A stretch of DNA of 64,000 nt from Negativicutes bacterium. Lineage in GTDB: Bacteria > Bacillota > Negativicutes > UBA1444. The notes beneath the pieces are model-generated. The model did not search any database. It had not been told where the DNA came from and was given only the letters and a program-made list of their open reading frames with translations. Numbering within the stretch: the stretch's first letter is position 1; each line of letters opens with the position of its first letter. A program made the position numbers and the translations under genes. Of the stretch, positions 11,660 to 20,810 are shown piece after piece. Where the stretch lies: positions 96,001 through 160,000 of the forward strand of contig CAXXIN010000019.1 of the NCBI GenBank assembly GCA_963665275.2, written 5' to 3'.

Positions 11660-13069
11660 CTATGTGCGGGGTATTGTAATCACTGCATGGGTTCCGTCCG
11701 TGCCGGAAAGTTCGAAGGTTCCCCCCAGATCGGTTTCCACCAGGGTCCGGACGATTTGGATGCCGAGACTTTTGGTTTTGGTTCTGTCAAAGTCCGGCGG
11801 CAGGCCAATTCCGTTATCATAAATTTCCAGCCGGTATGAAGTCTCCGATGCGGTAGTCAGTTTTAAGCCTATCATACCACTGCGGCGACCCACAAATCCA
11901 TGTTCGATTGCATTCTGCACCAGCTCATTTACCATCAGAGCCAGGCTGCTCGCCTTTTCCGACGGCAAAACGACCGGCTCGGCCTCGAACACTTTCTGGA
12001 TCGCAAAACCCGGTTCCACCATGCTCTCAATGACCAGGTCAAAAATATTGCGGGCCACTTCCGCCACATTGATCACTTCTTCATCTTGTTGCGACAGGAA
12101 TTCGTGGACCAGAGATATGCTGAGGATCCGGTTGACACTTTCCCGCAGAGCCGCCCGCACTTCCGGCGACTCACTGCGGCGGGCCTGCAATCGAAGCAGG
12201 CTCGCGATCGTTTGTAAATTATTCTTGACGCGATGATGGATTTCCTGTATGACAGCCGACTTGACCAACAATTCTTTTTCTTTTTTTCGGAGTTGGGTCA
12301 CATCGGCGACAAACAAAAGCATACGGACAGTTTTCCCGTTTTGCACCACGGGAATCGCTTTTTCGGACAGGACCATGCCTGCGACTTCCAGTTCCATTTC
12401 CTGCGGCTGTCCCGTAATCGTCGCTTTTCCCGCCAGTCGCAAATGGAGCGCCCGTTCGTGAACACGTCGCCCGAGCAATCGTCCCACACCCAAGACCCGG
12501 TAAATTCCAACAGCGGCTGCATTGGCATAAATGATCTGGCCCCGTTCATTCACAGCCAGAATCCCGTCCTGGGAAAACACCGGGCGATACACCAGCGTAT
12601 TGTGCGGATCATAATCCGAAATCAGCAGCATATACACCGTTTCCAACAGAATCTGGTGGTCAGCGCCAGTCTCTTCTCCGCTCAATTCAAAACTGAGTAC
12701 AGCCAGAACCTTGCCTTTAGCAGTATGAACTGGAAAAGTTTCCATGAACAACGGATCCATGCCGAGGGCCCATTCCCGATGCCCGGTAATTCGCTCCCCT
12801 GTTTCCATTGTTCGCCACACGAGAGGTTCTTCGGCTGCCGCAAAAACCGTTCCTACCGCTCCGCCTCTTTGCGGCGACAAACTCGCCCGTGACCGGACCT
12901 GTCCGACCAACACCAGCTTCGGTTCACGCCCCACCCTCACATACAGACTAACCTGTGCGTGGGAAATATCTCCAGCCAATTCGAGTCGTGCTGAAATTTG
13001 TTCCAATAATGCCATTTCACTTTTCGTCAATCGTCCTGTTTTACGAAAATGTTCATCCAGCGCGGTCAC
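11660..13069 (-). CDS. Soluble sensor histidine kinase (EutW/PdtaS-like)
   Basis: No TM segments; PAS-like region; HisKA_2 EIHHRVKNNLQ; NELVQNA.EH, DNGIG, SLG boxes. Confidence 0.92.
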   Translation of the reverse strand: MTALDEHFRKTGRLTKSEMALLEQISARLELAGDISHAQVSLYVRVGREPKLVLVGQVRSRASLSPQRGGAVGTVFAAAEEPLVWRTMETGERITGHREWALGMDPLFMETFPVHTAKGKVLAVLSFELSGEETGADHQILLETVYMLLISDYDPHNTLVYRPVFSQDGILAVNERGQIIYANAAAVGIYRVLGVGRLLGRRVHERALHLRLAGKATITGQPQEMELEVAGMVLSEKAIPVVQNGKTVRMLLFVADVTQLRKKEKELLVKSAVIQEIHHRVKNNLQTIASLLRLQARRSESPEVRAALRESVNRILSISLVHEFLSQQDEEVINVAEVARNIFDLVIESMVEPGFAIQKVFEAEPVVLPSEKASSLALMVNELVQNAIEHGFVGRRSGMIGLKLTTASETSYRLEIYDNGIGLPPDFDRTKTKSLGIQIVRTLVETDLGGTFELSGTDGTHAVITIPRT

Positions 13070-13123
13070 GTTATTCTCTCCCTGCCCAGTTTTTTTACGA
13101 CTTCAAAATGAGTAATCCGTAAC

Positions 13124-13218
13124 TTATCCCCGACTTATCCACAGTATCAACAGGTTTATCCACAGGTCTGGCCGCTGTAAAATCAGGCATTGAGACCCTG
13201 ACCCAAAGACTGTCCACA
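13124..13218. promoter_or_regulatory. DnaA-box cluster
   Basis: Two perfect TTATCCACA (13135-13143, 13156-13164) plus co-oriented variants TTATCCCCG (13124), GTATCAACA (13144), CTGTCCACA (13210). Confidence 0.8.
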
Positions 13219-13223
13219 TTCGG

Positions 13224-14246
13224 TTATTTTAGTTTTCCACCAAGCGGCAAGCTGGGAATCGCATTGAGCGACAAGTCGGCAATGTCTCCGGCTTGCAATT
13301 GGTAGTAGGCTCTGCAGCCAATCATAGCGGCGTTATCCGTACACAAAATAATGTCCGGCGAGTAAAGTTGGACCTTTTCAGCATCGCATCTAAGCTGCAA
13401 CGCGCGGCGCAATGATCCATTAGCAGCGACTCCGCCGGCCAGCACTAATTTGAGGCATTCACACTGACGAACTGCCTGCAATGATTTTTGCGTCAGGATA
13501 TCCACAACTGCGAACTGAAAAGAAGCAGCCACATCAGCTGGATTCACGATTTCCTTGCGCTGCGAAGCCGTGTGCAGATAATTGATCACAGAGGATTTCA
13601 ATCCGCTGAAGCTGAATTCAAAGGAATCATCACTGGTAAAGGAACGGGGAAATTTGATGGCTTTGGGATCGCCAGCTTCCGCCAGCTTTTCCACATGCGG
13701 TCCCCCCGGGTAAGGAAGTCCCAGCAGCCGGGCCACTTTGTCAAAAGCTTCGCCGGCGGCGTCATCTCGGGTCTGCCCCAGCAAATGAAAGGTCGAATAA
13801 TCCCGGACGTGCACCAGTGAAGTATGTCCGCCGGAAACGACTAAGGCAATGAAGGGGGGCTCCAGTTCCGGATGCGACAGTAACGATGCAAAAATATGGC
13901 CCTCCAGGTGGTGCACCCCCACGAGCGGAAGGCCGGTAGCAAAAGCCAGTGCTTTGGCAGCCGCCACTCCCACCAACAAAGCGCCCACCAATCCGGGACC
14001 ATGCGTAACCCCCACGGCGTCAAGATCCGCAAGCGTCACACCCGCCTCTGAGAGCGCGTGGTCGATCACGGGAAGCACATTTTCCACATGCCTGCGGGAA
14101 GCCAGTTCCGGCACCACTCCGCCATATTTTTGATGAATCGGAATTTGCGAAGAAATAACGTTGGACAGGATCTTGCGCCCGTCTGCGATAACGGCAGCCG
14201 AAGTCTCGTCACAACTGGTTTCCAGGCCCAACACTAAAATGCTCAA
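13224..14246 (-). CDS. tsaD: tRNA N6-adenosine threonylcarbamoyltransferase TsaD
   Basis: LGLETSCDET, HHLEGH, VSGGHT, DDAAGEAFDK, CTDNAAMI. Confidence 0.98.
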   Translation of the reverse strand: MSILVLGLETSCDETSAAVIADGRKILSNVISSQIPIHQKYGGVVPELASRRHVENVLPVIDHALSEAGVTLADLDAVGVTHGPGLVGALLVGVAAAKALAFATGLPLVGVHHLEGHIFASLLSHPELEPPFIALVVSGGHTSLVHVRDYSTFHLLGQTRDDAAGEAFDKVARLLGLPYPGGPHVEKLAEAGDPKAIKFPRSFTSDDSFEFSFSGLKSSVINYLHTASQRKEIVNPADVAASFQFAVVDILTQKSLQAVRQCECLKLVLAGGVAANGSLRRALQLRCDAEKVQLYSPDIILCTDNAAMIGCRAYYQLQAGDIADLSLNAIPSLPLGGKLK

Positions 14247-14695
14247 AGCTTTTCACACCACAAAATCAGGGCGTCCTCCTTGGTCTCCGAATAATAGTTT
14301 TTGCGAATTCCCGCTTCCACGAACCCCATCTGTTGATACAAATGGCGCGCCGCATCATTAGTCACCCGCACTTCCAGGGTCATCGAGTCCATGCCGCTAT
14401 CTCTGGCCAGCTCCATCAACTTTTCCATCAAAAACCGGCCGATTCCTTCCCGGCGGTGCTGCCCGGATACCGCGACATTCGTCACATGCGCTTCGTTGAT
14501 CACCAGCCAGGTTCCGGCGTATCCGACAATATTCCCGTCTTCCTCCGCGACGATATAGCGGGCCAGACGGTTTTGGGTCAGTTCTTCTTCAAACGCCGAG
14601 CGGGACCACGGGGTCAGAAAAGAGTCAAATTCAACCGACATAACGCCGTCCAAATCTTCTACCGTCATCGGCCGTACGATAATTTCCGTCTTCAT
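14243..14695 (-). CDS. rimI: Ribosomal protein S18 alanine N-acetyltransferase
   Basis: PWS, EAHVTNVAV, TLEVR.N, RKNYY, EDA; lies between tsaB and tsaD. Confidence 0.95.
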   Translation of the reverse strand: MKTEIIVRPMTVEDLDGVMSVEFDSFLTPWSRSAFEEELTQNRLARYIVAEEDGNIVGYAGTWLVINEAHVTNVAVSGQHRREGIGRFLMEKLMELARDSGMDSMTLEVRVTNDAARHLYQQMGFVEAGIRKNYYSETKEDALILWCEKL

Positions 14696-15396
14696 GAGCT
14701 GACGCCGCAGCGTTTTTCCCAGAGTTCTTCCGCCTCAGGCCGCCGGACATAAAGGGGATTCAGTTCTGTGGCTGCAACGGCCAGGCCGGCCTGCCATTTG
14801 CGCAAGCCGAGGAAAGCGACGGCGGCTGCGCGCGGCATGACGGCATGCTCCGGCGCCAGAAATATATTCCCGCCTGAGGATTCGACCAGCCCGGCATGCT
14901 CCCGGACCGATTCGCCGACCACCAGCACCGGTTCCATCAAGGCCGCTATTTCCTGAAACGCCTGCTCTGCTGATACGATCCGCACCGGCGCAACTTCGAT
15001 GAGCAGTCCAGAGCGCCACTGATACATAGCTTGGTAAACCCTGCCTTTTTGTGCATCCAGCATCGCCGACACCCTGCCACTTCCTGCGGGGCATCCATAC
15101 GCCAGGGCTTCGAGCGTCGGCACTCCCACAATGGGCTTTTGCCATGCGTAAGCAAGGGTTTTGGCTGTTGTCAGCCCGATTCGCAAACCTGTGAACGAAC
15201 CCGGACCGATACTGACTGCCACGACTTCTACTTCCTGAGGGGACACTCCTCCCAGCGCAAATACTTTTTCAATCTGCGGCATCAAACGCTCCGAATGGGT
15301 ATTGCCTGTTTGAACATTGATTTCTGCCAGTAACCGATCACCCTTTAACAGAGCGACTCCCGATACCGGTGTTGCAGTTTCGATTGCCAGAATCAG
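14692..15396 (-). CDS. tsaB: TsaB, with an apparent non-canonical CTG start
   Basis: Frame extends upstream of the ORF-track call as (L)ILAIETATPVSGVAL...THSERLMP; GPGSFTGLRIG motif; in-frame TGA lies three codons before the CTG. Confidence 0.93.
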   Translation of the reverse strand: MILAIETATPVSGVALLKGDRLLAEINVQTGNTHSERLMPQIEKVFALGGVSPQEVEVVAVSIGPGSFTGLRIGLTTAKTLAYAWQKPIVGVPTLEALAYGCPAGSGRVSAMLDAQKGRVYQAMYQWRSGLLIEVAPVRIVSAEQAFQEIAALMEPVLVVGESVREHAGLVESSGGNIFLAPEHAVMPRAAAVAFLGLRKWQAGLAVAATELNPLYVRRPEAEELWEKRCGVSS

Positions 15397-15854
15397 AGGA
15401 GGTCACTCCCTTCCAATCGGGCGGCGTAACGGTCGCCTTTTCCTTCGATTTGCAGGATACGTTCCATCGGATGGTCCCCTTGCCGCAAATCCACTTTCAC
15501 ATATTCATCCGGCATCTCAGACGGAAACAGATCCGGCCATTCGATGATTGCCACTCCATCACCGCCAATAAATTCATCAAAGCCAATGTTCGCCAGATCT
15601 TCCGGATCATCCAGCCGATACAGATCAAAATGATAGAGAGGCAACTTCCCCTGATAAATATTCAGCAGCGTAAAAGTTGGACTTGTTACCCTCTCTGTTA
15701 CCTCTAATCCCTCCGCAAGGCCCTTTACGAACTCGGTTTTACCGGCTCCCAAATCTCCTTGCAGCAGAACTGCGTCACCGGCCACCAATACGCCGGACAA
15801 GCGGCGGGCCACCTCTCTCGTAGCCTCAGGCGACGAGCTGGTATACCGTTGCAT
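15393..15854 (-). CDS. tsaE: tRNA threonylcarbamoyladenosine biosynthesis ATPase TsaE
   Basis: GDLGAGKT, VTSPTF, HFDLYRL, IEW. Confidence 0.97.
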   Translation of the reverse strand: MQRYTSSSPEATREVARRLSGVLVAGDAVLLQGDLGAGKTEFVKGLAEGLEVTERVTSPTFTLLNIYQGKLPLYHFDLYRLDDPEDLANIGFDEFIGGDGVAIIEWPDLFPSEMPDEYVKVDLRQGDHPMERILQIEGKGDRYAARLEGSDLL

Positions 15855-15974
15855 TGCACTCACCCGCCTTTCTGAAAAGTAGTATATCATAATTTCAAAA
15901 AACTTGCGCCAGCACAAGGAAAATGCCCGACGCATGCATAATATTCTATAGAATGAAAGTGAGGCGATGTTCCG

Positions 15975-17093
15975 TTGCGTCCAACCCAAGTCATTATCGA
16001 TCTGTCTGCGATCCGGCATAACGTCCGTCAAATTCGCGGCAGTCTGCCTGTCACCACCCGCATGATCGCTGTCGTGAAAGCCAATGCTTACGGACACGGC
16101 GCTATCCCCGTCAGCCGGGCTGCCCTCGGCGCCGGCGCCGATTCTTTGGCGGTAGCCATTCCCGAGGAAGGAATTGAACTGAGGGCCGCCGGCATCCAGG
16201 TTCCCATCCTAATTCTCGGACTAATACTGCCTGAGCAGGCAGCTCTGTTGGTTGACTACGACCTGACGGCAACCGTCGCATCCAGCGAAGGGATGCGGGA
16301 GCTTCAGGCAGCCGCGCTCAAAAAGAACAAGCAAGCCCGAGTCATGCTCAAACTGGACACAGGCATGAGCCGCATCGGCATCCAGCCAGAGGCATTGGTT
16401 CCTTTTGCCCGGGAGGCGCTTACCCTGGACGGCATTAACGTTATCGGCCTGTTCACGCATTTTGCAACAGCCGACGCTGCAGATAGTTCCTACACTTTGA
16501 CCCAATTCAAATGCCTGAACGAGGCCGTCTGCTCCCTCCAGGACGCAGGGCTCTCTGTACCGGTGCTGTCCGCTGCCAACAGCGCAGCCACCGACTCGTT
16601 TCCTGCCGCACACTTGGATGCAGTCCGCCCCGGCATTATTCTGTACGGCCTGCCGCCCGATCCCGCCATGCACCTGCATCTGGACCTGAGGCCCGCCATG
16701 TCGCTGGTGACCCGCATTGTTTTCATCAAGCATGTTCCCGCCGGAACGCCGGTGAATTACGGCTGCACCTATTATACGGAAGCGCCGACCTGGCTCGCTA
16801 CCCTGCCGATCGGATACGCCGACGGCTACAGCCGCCACCTCTCCAACAAGGCCGAGGTGTTGGTGCAGGGGATCAGGCGGCGAGTAGTGGGGCGCATCTG
16901 CATGGACCAGACCGTCATCGACCTGGGAGGGGAATGCGACGCCGCTATTGGTGACGAAGTGGTGCTCTGCGGCCGGCAGGGGCAGAATGAAATCACGCTG
17001 ACCGAGCTGGCAGGCCTCGCCGGAACCATCAACTACGAGCTGGCCTGCGGCATCAGCCCCAGAGTTCCGAGAGTGTATCAGGATAACGGATAG
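15975..17093 (+). CDS. alr: Alanine racemase
   Basis: AVVKANAYGHG, DTGMSRIG, VRPGI.LYG, IGYADG, GRICMDQ, TINYE. Confidence 0.98.
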   Translation: MRPTQVIIDLSAIRHNVRQIRGSLPVTTRMIAVVKANAYGHGAIPVSRAALGAGADSLAVAIPEEGIELRAAGIQVPILILGLILPEQAALLVDYDLTATVASSEGMRELQAAALKKNKQARVMLKLDTGMSRIGIQPEALVPFAREALTLDGINVIGLFTHFATADAADSSYTLTQFKCLNEAVCSLQDAGLSVPVLSAANSAATDSFPAAHLDAVRPGIILYGLPPDPAMHLHLDLRPAMSLVTRIVFIKHVPAGTPVNYGCTYYTEAPTWLATLPIGYADGYSRHLSNKAEVLVQGIRRRVVGRICMDQTVIDLGGECDAAIGDEVVLCGRQGQNEITLTELAGLAGTINYELACGISPRVPRVYQDNG

Positions 17094-17116
17094 CTTGAAT
17101 GAAGGTTCAAATATCG

Positions 17117-17167
17117 AAAAGAAGCGGAAGCTGGCTTTAACCCTGCTTTCCGCTTCTTCTATTTTTT
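17117..17167. terminator. Bidirectional terminator between convergent alr and GerMN genes
   Basis: AAGAAGCGGAAG...CTTTCCGCTTCTT inverted repeat with A/T runs on both sides. Confidence 0.75.
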
Positions 17168-17174
17168 CGTATGC

Positions 17175-17753
17175 CTATTTGTTTTTGATAATCCCCGGCG
17201 ACCGGCTCAGTGGGTCAAACACGTCCAGATGGCCGAACAGGGTGTCCACTTTTTTTCCTTCGACCAAGATCTGTACCCGTTCCACGTCAGGGAACTCCGT
17301 CAGCGTGTTGACGATGGCGCCCACCGCCAGAATTTCTGTCGCCGATCCGCCGAAGCCGCGCTTCGCAATCTCAGATGAAAAATCCACAAAGGCAGTTTTG
17401 TCACGGACCACAACGCTCCTGACCTGCGTTGCCTTGGGAATAACGGCTACCAGCTCCGTATTCGTCGGTCCTGCCGCCATTACTTCCAGAGCCCGTTGCA
17501 TCAGCTGTGAATCGTTTTTCAACGAATGCACTTCCGCCACGACATAGCGACCGTCATGGGTTCCAAAATACACTTTCACGGGAACCGTATCATTATTGGA
17601 CGCAGGTTTTTCAGGGGTTGACGGTTTCGTAGCAGGCGCGGTTGCGCCCTTGGGGTCTGCGGCATTGCCACTCTGATTGGGAGTGCATCCGGAAACCAAC
17701 AGTAAAGTCAATGACCCTATCAAAATTCCCAACAGCCATCGGCGTTTCATCAT
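17175..17753 (-). CDS. GerMN-domain lipoprotein
   Basis: Lipobox LVSGC; VYF, GP, VDFS, IVNTLTEFP.VE.VQILVEG. Confidence 0.9.
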   Translation of the reverse strand: MMKRRWLLGILIGSLTLLLVSGCTPNQSGNAADPKGATAPATKPSTPEKPASNNDTVPVKVYFGTHDGRYVVAEVHSLKNDSQLMQRALEVMAAGPTNTELVAVIPKATQVRSVVVRDKTAFVDFSSEIAKRGFGGSATEILAVGAIVNTLTEFPDVERVQILVEGKKVDTLFGHLDVFDPLSRSPGIIKNK

Positions 17754-18826
17754 TGTTCACCTCTCATTTTCGCAGCCTGACCGAAGAACTGATCAATACC
17801 GGCTACGATCGCCAGCGCCATCTTCTGTTGGAACGCAGGGCTATTCAACATTTGTTCTTCCTGTGGGTTGGAAAGGAAGCCGATCTCCAGCAAAGCTGCG
17901 GGCATCCAGGTGTTTTTCACCACAAAGAAATTTGCTGTACGCACCCCGATATTATCCAGTCCACCGCCCCGAACCATCGCATCCTGAATACATTGCGCCA
18001 ACACGGCGTCAAACAGCGTCTTGCGATAATAATACGTCGTAGTTCCGCTCAGGTTGGAGTTGGCTGAGGAGTTATGATGAATACTGATGAAAATATCGGC
18101 TTTGCGGTTGTTGGCCGCCATGGCCCGGGCCATGAGTTCTTCCCTGTCCGTTGCATCCGGATTCGAACAATCGATATCAGTCTGGCGCGTCATTACCACT
18201 TGTGCGCCGGCCCTTTCCAAAATCGCCTTTACCTGCATACTCAAATCGAGATTGACTTTCTTTTCAAACGTACGCTGGGGACCAATCGCTCCCGGGTCAG
18301 ACCCTCCATGCCCCGGATCAATGGCAATCACTTTTCCCTTGAGTCCAGCCGAAAACTTAACATCCGTTATCGGCACAGTTTTTCCCACATCAATAACGAT
18401 GCGGAAAGGGCGATTTGCTTTGGGATCAGCTTTGACTGTAAAAACCTTGTATTGATCTTCCGGCAAAGATCCCGGCAACTCAATGATGGCATGAACCGTA
18501 TCTTTGGTAGATTTGACCAGGCTCAAGCCTTTGACGATCGTTTGGTCGGGCGAGGGAGGGATCGCAATATTGTCGGCGCTGGCGCCCCGTAGCGTTACAA
18601 ACAGTCGCCAACTGGGTTTGGCGGTGATGAATTGCTCTACTGCGACCGGGCCGCTGGCATCCAGAACCAAGCGAACTTTCACCGTTCCGGTCACGGCGTC
18701 CACAGTCCGGCCCCACCGCACGGCCGTTATTTTAACATTGGATTCGGCGGGAGCCGCCCAACCCAGAACAGATGTGAGACTCAGAAGCAGTGTCAGCAGC
18801 AAACCCACGCAGTATCTGATACGCAA
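17750..18826 (-). CDS. N-acetylmuramoyl-L-alanine amidase (Amidase_3) with signal peptide
   Basis: IDPGHGGSDPGA, EK..NL, FISIHHN, LLEIGFLSN. Confidence 0.93.
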   Translation of the reverse strand: MRIRYCVGLLLTLLLSLTSVLGWAAPAESNVKITAVRWGRTVDAVTGTVKVRLVLDASGPVAVEQFITAKPSWRLFVTLRGASADNIAIPPSPDQTIVKGLSLVKSTKDTVHAIIELPGSLPEDQYKVFTVKADPKANRPFRIVIDVGKTVPITDVKFSAGLKGKVIAIDPGHGGSDPGAIGPQRTFEKKVNLDLSMQVKAILERAGAQVVMTRQTDIDCSNPDATDREELMARAMAANNRKADIFISIHHNSSANSNLSGTTTYYYRKTLFDAVLAQCIQDAMVRGGGLDNIGVRTANFFVVKNTWMPAALLEIGFLSNPQEEQMLNSPAFQQKMALAIVAGIDQFFGQAAKMRGEQ

Positions 18827-18863
18827 CCAGTATCACCCCCATTCGGCAAAGTTTTCGTTTTAA

Positions 18864-20411
18864 TTATACCACAAGTTCTTTCACTACGAGAGGAACGAAC
18901 TCCGCCAAATCCAGCGCGCTCATGCCGACCGGCCGTTCCAGCGCCACCCGGTCGCCTGCCAGCCCGTGCAGATAAACGCCGAGCACAGCAGCATCATGAC
19001 TCGATAAGCCTTGCGCAATCAATGCCGCGATGATACCGGCCAGGACGTCTCCCATGCCACCGGTCGCCATGCCTGAATTGCCGGTGGGATTGACGTAGAT
19101 CTCCCCGTCCGGAAACGCCACGATTGTGCGAGGGCCTTTCAGAACCACGATATTCCCCCACTCAATGGCGAAGCGGCGCGCAACGCCGATGCGGTCGGCC
19201 TGGATCTGCCGCACGGACAAGCCAGTCAGCCGGGCCATCTCTCCCGGGTGCGGCGTCAGCACCGCCAGCGCGTCCGCCGCAGCCAATATTTCGACATGAC
19301 CGCTTAATGCGAACAAAGCGTCCGCATCCAGCACCATCGGACGATCCATCAGCTGAATCAGCTCCAGAACCGCTTCCATCGTATCTGCATGGCGGCCCAG
19401 CCCCGGACCCAGCAGCACCACTGAAGAATGGGCGGAAAAATCATGCAGCATTTTCACGGCATCAGCGCCCAATCCGCCATTCAGAGTCTCCGGCAGTTCC
19501 AGCGTCATGGCTTCTGTCGTCTTCATTTCCATCACAGCACCAATGCAAGCAGGCACTCCGACCGTCACCAGACCGGCTCCGGTCCGCAGAGCGCCCTGTG
19601 CGGCCAGGAAAGCCGCGCCGCTCATCCCACGGGACCCGCCCATCACCAGCACATGACCGAAACTTCCTTTGTGCGAGTCCGGCGACCGCCGAGGCCGCAG
19701 CGAAATGGCCTGTTCGCGGGTAATCAGCGTTTGCCTGATGGTAGCAGCCGTCAGCAGTTCGGCAGGAATCCCAATCGGCGCGACCTCTACCTCGCCGGCG
19801 CAGCCAGCGCCCGGATACAAAAGAAGCCCCGGTTTGGGCAGTCCGAACGTCACCGTGCAGAAGGCCTGCACCGCCTTCTCTCGGACCAACCCTGTATTGG
19901 CATCCACACCGGAAGGGATGTCAACCGACAGAATCTTCTTGCCTGCCCCGTTCATCATTTCGATACTTTCCCGGTAAGAATCGCTCAGCTCCCCATGAAA
20001 ACCTGTGCCTAACAGCGCATCAATCACCAGGTCGGCGAAGGCTGCCCCGATGCGGGCTTTTTCCATGCCGCGCGGCTCCGTGAAGTCAACGCACTCCACC
20101 CCCATGCGCACAATCGTTTCCAGATGAATGAGCGCATCGCCCTTGATCAGCGCACGATCCGCCACCAGAAACAGTTTCACCCGTACACCGCAGTTATGAA
20201 GCCAGCGGGCTGCCACGAAACCGTCGCCTCCATTGTTGCCGCCGCCGCATACAATGAAAACGATCTTGCCGCGCGGCTCCTCCAAAACAGAGACTGCCTT
20301 CTCCGCCACGGCGCGTCCTGCATTCTCCATCAGCGCTATTCCCGGCAGTCCGAACCACTCCATGGTTGCTTTATCGATATCGCGCATTTCCTGCGCTGTC
20401 GCGATTTTCAT
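18864..20411 (-). CDS. nnr: Bifunctional NAD(P)H-hydrate epimerase/dehydratase
   Basis: LMENAG, GNNGGDG, DIPSG, HKG.FG, LTPHPGEM, ATGGMGDVL. Confidence 0.96.
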   Translation of the reverse strand: MKIATAQEMRDIDKATMEWFGLPGIALMENAGRAVAEKAVSVLEEPRGKIVFIVCGGGNNGGDGFVAARWLHNCGVRVKLFLVADRALIKGDALIHLETIVRMGVECVDFTEPRGMEKARIGAAFADLVIDALLGTGFHGELSDSYRESIEMMNGAGKKILSVDIPSGVDANTGLVREKAVQAFCTVTFGLPKPGLLLYPGAGCAGEVEVAPIGIPAELLTAATIRQTLITREQAISLRPRRSPDSHKGSFGHVLVMGGSRGMSGAAFLAAQGALRTGAGLVTVGVPACIGAVMEMKTTEAMTLELPETLNGGLGADAVKMLHDFSAHSSVVLLGPGLGRHADTMEAVLELIQLMDRPMVLDADALFALSGHVEILAAADALAVLTPHPGEMARLTGLSVRQIQADRIGVARRFAIEWGNIVVLKGPRTIVAFPDGEIYVNPTGNSGMATGGMGDVLAGIIAALIAQGLSSHDAAVLGVYLHGLAGDRVALERPVGMSALDLAEFVPLVVKELVV

Positions 20412-20794
20412 TCCATTTCACCCCTCCACAACAATACCTGAGCCGTCGCATAATCCTGCGCATGCGAAAGAGAGACATGGATCGTAGTGACGCCAAGCTC
20501 CCGGGCCAGTTGGCCAAAACCTCCTGTCAGACTCATGACTGGTTTGCCCTGATCATCAGGCAGCACCTCGATATCCTGCCAGGTCCCGCCGCCGGCCAGA
20601 CCCGTCCCCAATGCTTTCATGACCGCTTCTTTCGCTGCGAAGCGGGCCGCATAGGAGGCTGCGCCCTGTCGCCCCCGTCCATTGCAGTAGGTTTGCTCCG
20701 CAGTCGTAAATACACGTTGCACAAACGCAGAGCTCTCGATGGCTTTTTTCATGCGGTGAATTTCCACCAGATCGATGCCAATCCCTACAACCAT
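20408..20794 (-). CDS. acpS: Holo-[acyl-carrier-protein] synthase
   Basis: GIGIDLVEI.R, ARFAAKEA.MKALGTG, VSLSH. Confidence 0.96.
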   Translation of the reverse strand: MVVGIGIDLVEIHRMKKAIESSAFVQRVFTTAEQTYCNGRGRQGAASYAARFAAKEAVMKALGTGLAGGGTWQDIEVLPDDQGKPVMSLTGGFGQLARELGVTTIHVSLSHAQDYATAQVLLWRGEME

Positions 20795-20810
20795 CGGAGC
20801 ACCTCCCGCT

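Noticed and set aside
13124-13218. Replication origin
   Set aside because: No dnaA, dnaN or rpmH nearby and no AT-rich unwinding element seen; treated as a non-origin cluster.
15855-16097. N-terminal extension of the tsaE ORF overlapping alr
   Set aside because: Over-extended call; homology starts at MQRYTSSS and the gap holds divergent promoters.
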